Positions 19,064-24,000 of a stretch of DNA of 24,000 nt are shown here, one piece after another. Source of the stretch: an uncultured Actinomycetes bacterium (GTDB taxonomy: Bacteria; Actinomycetota; Actinomycetes; S36-B12; CAIYMF01); assembly GCA_963700395.1 (NCBI GenBank), contig CAVOXI010000008.1, positions 100,626 to 124,625 of the forward strand, read 5' to 3'. The notes below the pieces were generated by a model that worked only from the letters and a program-made list of their open reading frames with translations, did no database searches and had not been told where the DNA came from. A program made the position numbers and the translations under genes. Positions within the stretch are counted from its first letter, which is position 1, and every line of letters begins with the position of its first letter.

Positions 19064-20274
19064 GCTATCCCTCCAGGCGGACCCGGAACCCGCTGGCCTG
19101 GAGTGCGGCGGCCACCTGCTCGCAGTGCTCGGCGACCGCGGGTCTCCAGGTGCAGCGAGACGTCGACCTCGCCGACGGAGAGCCCGGCTGTCGTGCGCAG
19201 GTGCTCCACCGAGATGACGTTCGCCGCGAGGGCAGCCACCTCGGCCAGCAGCGGGGCCAAGCCACCGGGACGATCGGAGATGCGCACCCGCAGCTGGAGG
19301 TAGCGCCCTGCCGCGACGAGGCCGTGCTCCAGCACCCGCGCCAGCAGCAACGGGTCGACGTTGCCCCCGGACAGGACGACGACGACGGGCGGCTCGATCC
19401 CCGTGGCGTCCTCGAGCAGGGCTGCCACCCCGGCCGCCCCGGCGGGCTCCACGAGCATCTTCGAGCGTTCGAGCACGAGCAGCAGCCCGCGGGAGAGCGA
19501 GTCCTCCGACACCGTGCGGATCTCCACGTGCCGTTCGGCGATGATCCCCAGGGGGACGACGCCGGGGCGCCCGACGGCGATCCCGTCGGCCATCGTGCTC
19601 ATCCGCTGGAGCGCGACCGGATGGCCGGCGGCGAGGGACGCCGGGTACGCCGCCGCCTGGGCTGCCTGCACCCCGATGACCCGTACGTGCGGGGCCAGCT
19701 CGCCCATCACGGTGGCGATGCCGGCCACGAGCCCGCCACCTCCGGTGCACACCAGCACGGTGCGCACGTCGGGGACCTGGTCGAGGATCTCCAGCCCGAT
19801 CGTCCCCTGGCCCACGACGATGTCCTCGTGGTCGAAGGGGTGGATCAGGACCGCGCCCGTGCGCTCGGAGAACTCCGTCGCAGCCACGAGCGCATCGTCG
19901 ATGGTGGAACCCACGGTGACGATCTCCGCCCCGTAGGCGCGGGTGGCGGCCAGCTTGGGAAGCGGCGCCCCGACCGGCATGAACACGGTCGTTCGGATGC
20001 CCAGCCCGCGGGCGGCCTTGGCCACGCCCTGCGCGTGGTTGCCGGCACTGGCTGCCACGACGCCGAGCGCTCGCTGGTCAGGGGTGAGCCGAGAGAGCCG
20101 GACGTGCGCGCCACGCACCTTGAACGACCCGGCCACCTGCAGGTTCTCGCACTTGAGCCACACCGGTCCACCGACGCGACCTGCGAGGTAGGTCGCAGGT
20201 GCGACCGGGGTCACGCGGGCGACCCCGACCAGCAGGTCTCGGGCCTCTCGGATGGCCTGAACTGTCACGGGCAT
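18997..20274 (-). CDS. ilvA: Threonine ammonia-lyase (threonine dehydratase); the C-terminal about 27 aa are out of frame as read
   Basis: From ATG 20274: MPVTVQAIREARDLL...LKCENLQVAGSFKVRGA (PLP lysine), AASAGNHAQGVA, VCTGGGGLVAGI, and the ACT-like tail LRVRISDRPGGLAPLLAEVAALAANVISVEHLRT...VDVSLHLETRG. The expected end AEHCEQVAAALQASGFRVRLEG-stop (stop at 19065-19067) is reached only by skipping one base at about 19134. As read, the ORF runs on to 18997 and overlaps greA. Confidence 0.9.
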   Translation of the reverse strand: MPVTVQAIREARDLLVGVARVTPVAPATYLAGRVGGPVWLKCENLQVAGSFKVRGAHVRLSRLTPDQRALGVVAASAGNHAQGVAKAARGLGIRTTVFMPVGAPLPKLAATRAYGAEIVTVGSTIDDALVAATEFSERTGAVLIHPFDHEDIVVGQGTIGLEILDQVPDVRTVLVCTGGGGLVAGIATVMGELAPHVRVIGVQAAQAAAYPASLAAGHPVALQRMSTMADGIAVGRPGVVPLGIIAERHVEIRTVSEDSLSRGLLLVLERSKMLVEPAGAAGVAALLEDATGIEPPVVVVLSGGNVDPLLLARVLEHGLVAAGRYLQLRVRISDRPGGLAPLLAEVAALAANVISVEHLRTTAGLSVGEVDVSLHLETRGRRALRAGGRRTPGQRVPGPPGGIAQPVYGSTLVIRAVSSLPAGVV

Positions 20275-20280
20275 GGGTTC

Positions 20281-21628
20281 ATGGTGGCCCACGCACTGGC
20301 AGGATGGCCCCTTGTGCTGGGTCAACGGGTGTTCGCGTGGGCCCGCCGGACCCCGTACCTGGCCGACCTCCCGCGTGACGTGGCGGTCCTGTCGTTCGTC
20401 GCCTTCGCCGTCGCCCTCGGGTACGGCATCGCAGCCCCGGCCCTGCCCGTGTACGCGCGGACGTTCGGCGTCTCGGCGTTCATGGCCTCCACGGTCATCT
20501 CGGGGTTCGCCCTCATGCGCCTGCTCAGCGCGGCTCCGTCGGGGATCATGGTCGACCGCTTCGGCGAGCGGCGGATCATGTCGATCGGGATCTGGGTGGT
20601 CGCCGGCTCCTCGCTGATGACCGCCCTGGCCCAGAGCTTCGGGCAGCTGCTGGTGCTGCGCGGTGTGGGTGGCATCGGGTCGGCGATGTTCACCGTCTCG
20701 GCGATGGCCCTGCTGCTGCGCACGGCGGGCCCGGCGCAGCGGGGGCGGGCCTCCGGGGCGTTCCAGGCCGGGTTCCTCTTCGGCGGGGTCACGGGCCCGG
20801 CGATCGGCGGAGCCGTCACCGGCATCTCGATCCGCGCCCCGTTCGTCGTCTACGGCATCACGCTGGTCGTGGCCGGGCTGCTCGCGGCGAAGTACCTGTC
20901 ACGTGCCCCCGCTGGGGGCACCCGTCGCGGCCGGTGCCCCGGGGCGCCCAGCCCTGACACGCACGGCCCTGAGGATCCGGGGGCCCCCGAGTCCTGCGCA
21001 CGCGACGCCCAAGGCTGCCCCGGCGTCGCTGACCGCCGCCCTGCGCAGCGCCGCCTACCGGGCCGCGCTCATGGTCAACCTGTCCAGCGGCTTCATCGTG
21101 TTCGGCCTGCGGATCTCGCTGGTCCCGCTGTTCGTCACCGAGGGGCTCAAGCACGGCGTCGGGCTGGTCGGGATCGGCTTCCTGTGCGCGGCCGCCGCCC
21201 AGGCGGTCATGCTGATCCCCGCCGGGCGGTGGACCGACCGATCCGGACGGCGCGGCTCGATGCTCGTGGGCACAGCCACCCTCACCGGTGCGATGCTCCT
21301 GCTCGCGCTGCAGACCGGCGCGGTCGGGTTCCTGCTGGCGATGGCAGCCTCGGGCCTCGCATCGGCGTTCCTGGCGCCCGCGTCGGCGGCCGTCGTCGGC
21401 GACCTCACCCGCGGCCTGTCCGGTGGCCGCGTGGTGTCGGCCTACCAGATGGTCGGCGACCTCGGCGGCATCCTGGGCCCGCTCATCGCAGGGGCCCTGG
21501 CCGACGCCGCCGGATTCCAGTGGGCCTTCGCCGCCGGGGTCGTGATCGGCCTGGTCGCGCTGGCGTTCGTCGTGGTGATGCCCGAGACGCTGCGCCGGGA
21601 GTCCCAGGAGTCCCCCTCAGGCGCGTGA
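20281..21628 (+). pseudogene. MFS transporter (second copy, different family member), split by one frame break in the central loop as read
   Basis: The N-half is in frame 1: LPRDVAVLSFVAFAVALGYGIAAPALPVYARTFGVS...MVDRFGERRIMSIGIWVVAGSSL...GRASGAFQAGFLFGGVTGPAIGG...LLAAKYL. The C-half is in frame 2: SLTAALRSAAYRAALMVNLSSGFIVFGLRISLVPLF...IPAGRWTDRSGRRGSML...VVSAYQMVGDLGGILGPLIAGALAD...MPETL. The break lies somewhere in 20900-21000. The start is uncertain (ATG 20281, GTG 20314 or GTG 20329). Confidence 0.8.
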
Positions 21629-21653
21629 GGCCGCCAGGCGCGACACTGTCGCC

Positions 21654-22603
21654 ATGCGACCACCGAGCACGGACTGGGCCGAGAGCATCAGCGACGACGA
21701 GCGCCGCCCGGCACGCGGCCTTCACCGACAGGATCGTGGCGCTGCAGGGCCGCATCAACGCGAAGCAGGGGCCGGGCAGGGCCTTCCACCGCAAGCAGGT
21801 GGCCGCCCTGTCGGGGACGCTCACCGTGGCAGCGGGGCTGCCCGAGTACGCGAGGCAGGGGTTGTTCGCCCGAGCCCGGCGAGTTCGAGGTGCTGGCCCG
21901 CATGTCCAACGGCTCGGTGACTGCCCAACCGGACCCGGTCCCGGACATCCGCGGGTTCGCCATCTCGGTGCGCGGCCTGGAGGCGCCCGGCGCCCTGGCG
22001 GCAACCACGGACCGGCAGGACTTCCTGCTCATCAACCGACCGGCGTTCGGCTTCCAGGACTCACGCGACTTCGCCGACATCGTCGCGGTGGCCCCCAAGG
22101 GGCAGAGGGCGATGCTGGCGCACCTGGTCGACAAGCACGGCGTGGTCCGCGGCCCCCTGGAGATGGCCAAGCAGGCCGCCGACCTCGCGCGACCGTTCAG
22201 CGGGTATGCCACCTCCGACTTCCACGCCTGCGCCCCGATCGCATGGGGGCCCTATGCCGCCCACGTGCACGTCACGCCGGTGGACGCCTCCCGGGACCTG
22301 CTCGCATGGCGTGACTGGGGCGCCGACGTGCGCGGCCGGGTCGCCCGGGGCCCGCTGCGCTGGACGGTTCAGGCCCAGTTCTACACCGATCCGGACTCCA
22401 CCCCGATCGAGGACGGCCGCCGGGCCTGGGATGCCCCCAAGGTCATCGTGGGCACCCTGGAGCTGACCCAGGTCGAGGACTCCCAGGCGGTGGAGGCCGA
22501 CCACTTCGACCCGTGGATGGCGATGGCCGACCACCGACCCCTGGGCGAGATCATGCGCGCCCGGAAGGCTGCCTACTTCGCGAGCTACCGGAACCGGTCG
22601 TGA
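21654..22603 (+). pseudogene. Small catalase-related haem protein (catalase family, peroxidase-like), two frame breaks as read
   Basis: MRPPSTDWAESISDDERR (f0). After about 21708, in f1: RHAAFTDRIVALQGRINAKQGPGRAFHRKQVAALSGTLTV...LPEYARQGLFA, where RxFHxK is the distal-His motif. After about 21870, in f2: EPGEFEVLARMSNGSVTAQPDPVPDIRGFAISV...DFLLINRPAFGF...FDPW...RARKAAYFASYRNR, which has the proximal R..AY motif. Confidence 0.75.
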
Positions 22604-22635
22604 GCCGGTTCCCCGCGCACAGCTAGTCTCCGTGC

Positions 22636-23334
22636 GTGGCTGACTCCCCCACGCCCCCCTCGCGCCGGCCCCTGACCGAGCTGGTCGCGCCCGACTGGGC
22701 GGCGGCCCTCGAGCCGCAGGCCGAGCGCATCAGCGCAATGGGCGACTTCCTGCGCGCCGAGCTGGCCGCCGGGCGCGGCTACCTGCCGGCCGGGCCGAAC
22801 GTGCTCCGCGCGTTCACCCGACCCATGTCCGAGGTCCGCGTGCTCATCGTCGGGCAGGACCCCTACCCCACTCCGGGGCACGCGGTCGGGCTCTCGTTCT
22901 GCGTGGCCCCGGACGTGCGCCCCGTCCCGCGGAGCCTGGCCAACATCTACCGCGAGCTGCACGACGACCTCGGCTGCCCCCGCCCTGCCTCCGGTGACCT
23001 GACTCCGTGGGCGGACCAGGGCGTCCTGCTGCTCAACAGGGTGCTGACCGTGACCCCGGGCAGCTCCGGATCGCACCGCGGCAAGGGCTGGGAGGAGATC
23101 ACCGAGGCCGCCATCCGGGCCCTCGTGGCGCGTGGGGGGCCGCTGGTCGCGATCCTGTGGGGCCGCGACGCCCAGGGCCTGACCCCGATGCTCGGCGACA
23201 CGCCCAGGATCGCCTCGGCCCATCCCAGCCCGATGTCCGCCGACCGGGGGTTCTTCGGCTCCCGCCCGTTCAGCCGCGCCAACGCCGCGCTGGTGGCCCA
23301 GGGGGCAGCCCCGATCGACTGGTGCCTGCCCTGA
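22636..23334 (+). CDS. ung: Uracil-DNA glycosylase (family 1)
   Basis: 232-aa ORF from GTG. Motifs: [58 protein letters not shown] and HPSPMSA. Confidence 0.95.
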   Translation: MADSPTPPSRRPLTELVAPDWAAALEPQAERISAMGDFLRAELAAGRGYLPAGPNVLRAFTRPMSEVRVLIVGQDPYPTPGHAVGLSFCVAPDVRPVPRSLANIYRELHDDLGCPRPASGDLTPWADQGVLLLNRVLTVTPGSSGSHRGKGWEEITEAAIRALVARGGPLVAILWGRDAQGLTPMLGDTPRIASAHPSPMSADRGFFGSRPFSRANAALVAQGAAPIDWCLP

Positions 23335-23337
23335 GGA

Positions 23338-24000
23338 TCAGCCGTCGGGCGTCCCGGCGGAGACGAGCTGCTCGGCCAGCGCACGTGCCACCGCCGGTCG
23401 GCCCGCGAGCTCCAGCAGGCCGATGGGCGCCAGCAGGTACTGCCGGTCGATGAGCACCCGGGCCCGCTCGGGCAGCCGCCATCCGCCCGCGTAGTCGGTC
23501 AGGACCGCGTCCAGGACGCCGCGGGCGGCGCCCGGATCGGCGTGCCTCAGGACGCCGCCGGACCCGATCAGCAACCCGACGTGGGTCAGGTCCCGGGACC
23601 CCTCGGCACCCGGGCGGGCGTGCCGGCGGGCCGCGATGACGCCTGCGAGCCGCGCCAGCGCGAGCTCGTCGGCCCGCTCAGCCCGGGTGCCCGGCAGGAA
23701 GCCCACGTCTGCGCGACGGCGCTCGGCGGCGAGCGCCAGCAGCTCGGCCGGGCCCTCCTCACCGCCGGCAGCAGGCTCGAGCAGCCGCTCGGCCAGCGCG
23801 GCGGCGACGACGTCCTGGGCGCTCCAGCGCATCCCCAGGTCGCCCTCCACCGAGCGCCCGTGCCACAGCGTCTCGACCGCCTCATCGGGGGCCTGGTCAT
23901 CGGGGTTCAGGACGCTGTAGACGTCGGTCGTCGCCCCGCCGATGTCCAGCGCCATCACGTCCCCGCTGGCCCCGGGCTGCCCCGCCAGGACGTCGGCGAC
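23338..24000 (-). CDS. MutL/GlmL-like (glutamate mutase accessory, ASKHA-fold) protein, 5' end beyond the window
   Basis: The reverse frame stays open to the window edge: ...VADVLAGQPGASGDVMALDIGGATTDVYSV...VEGDLGMRWSA...LLIGSGGVLRH... This pattern is typical of the MutL (PF13941-type) family. The stop is at 23338, 3 nt from the ung stop. Confidence 0.7.
   Translation of the reverse strand, partial: VADVLAGQPGASGDVMALDIGGATTDVYSVLNPDDQAPDEAVETLWHGRSVEGDLGMRWSAQDVVAAALAERLLEPAAGGEEGPAELLALAAERRRADVGFLPGTRAERADELALARLAGVIAARRHARPGAEGSRDLTHVGLLIGSGGVLRHADPGAARGVLDAVLTDYAGGWRLPERARVLIDRQYLLAPIGLLELAGRPAVARALAEQLVSAGTPDG

Noticed and set aside
19150-22314. 1054-aa ORF, the longest in the track
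   Set aside because: It is a chimera. It runs antisense to ilvA (19150-20274), then in frame with the N-half of the MFS gene, then out of frame through the C-half. It is briefly in frame with the middle of the catalase-like gene and then out of frame again. Outside the two real segments the composition is R/P/G-rich, typical of wrong-frame high-GC sequence.

Overview
Very GC-rich chromosomal window (about 70% by eye, not computed) that looks like Actinomycetota core genome. I support about 29 genes in a conserved housekeeping order. From left: ychF (-), DUF222-HNH endonuclease (+), rmuC (+), small membrane protein (+), ispH (-), xseA-xseB (+), DUF4245 (-). Then class I fumarate hydratase (+), secreted PG-binding/lytic-transglycosylase-like protein (-), PIN-PhoH phoH2 (-), uppS (-), hemolysin-III/PAQR (-), xthA (-). 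Then MFS transporter (+), DUF1707/LiaF-like (-), DUF3817 (-), SURF1 (-), small membrane ORF (-), DUF4307 (+), greA (+), ilvA (-). Finally a second MFS (+), catalase-related haem protein (+), ung (+) and a MutL/GlmL-like protein (-, partial). I found no rRNA, tRNA, CRISPR array, transposase, integrase or recognisable multi-gene defence or biosynthetic system, and I do not claim a novel system. Three things deserve a second look. (1) A perfect actinobacterial LexA SOS box (TCGAAC-N4-GTTCGA) lies 14 nt upstream of the DUF222-HNH gene inserted between ychF and rmuC. (2) By hand reconstruction, about 21 reading-frame breaks are all in the same direction (one extra base) and strongly clustered: 3 near 7.06-7.26 kb, 13 in 14.6-16.43 kb, 5 scattered in 18-21.9 kb, and none seen in two roughly 7 kb blocks. 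This means local consensus error or real decay of accessory genes; I lean towards artefact. (3) An unusually AT-rich leader of about 200 nt sits upstream of the cell-wall hydrolase gene. Many long ORFs in the supplied track are antisense or out-of-frame artefacts of high GC content and are rejected.
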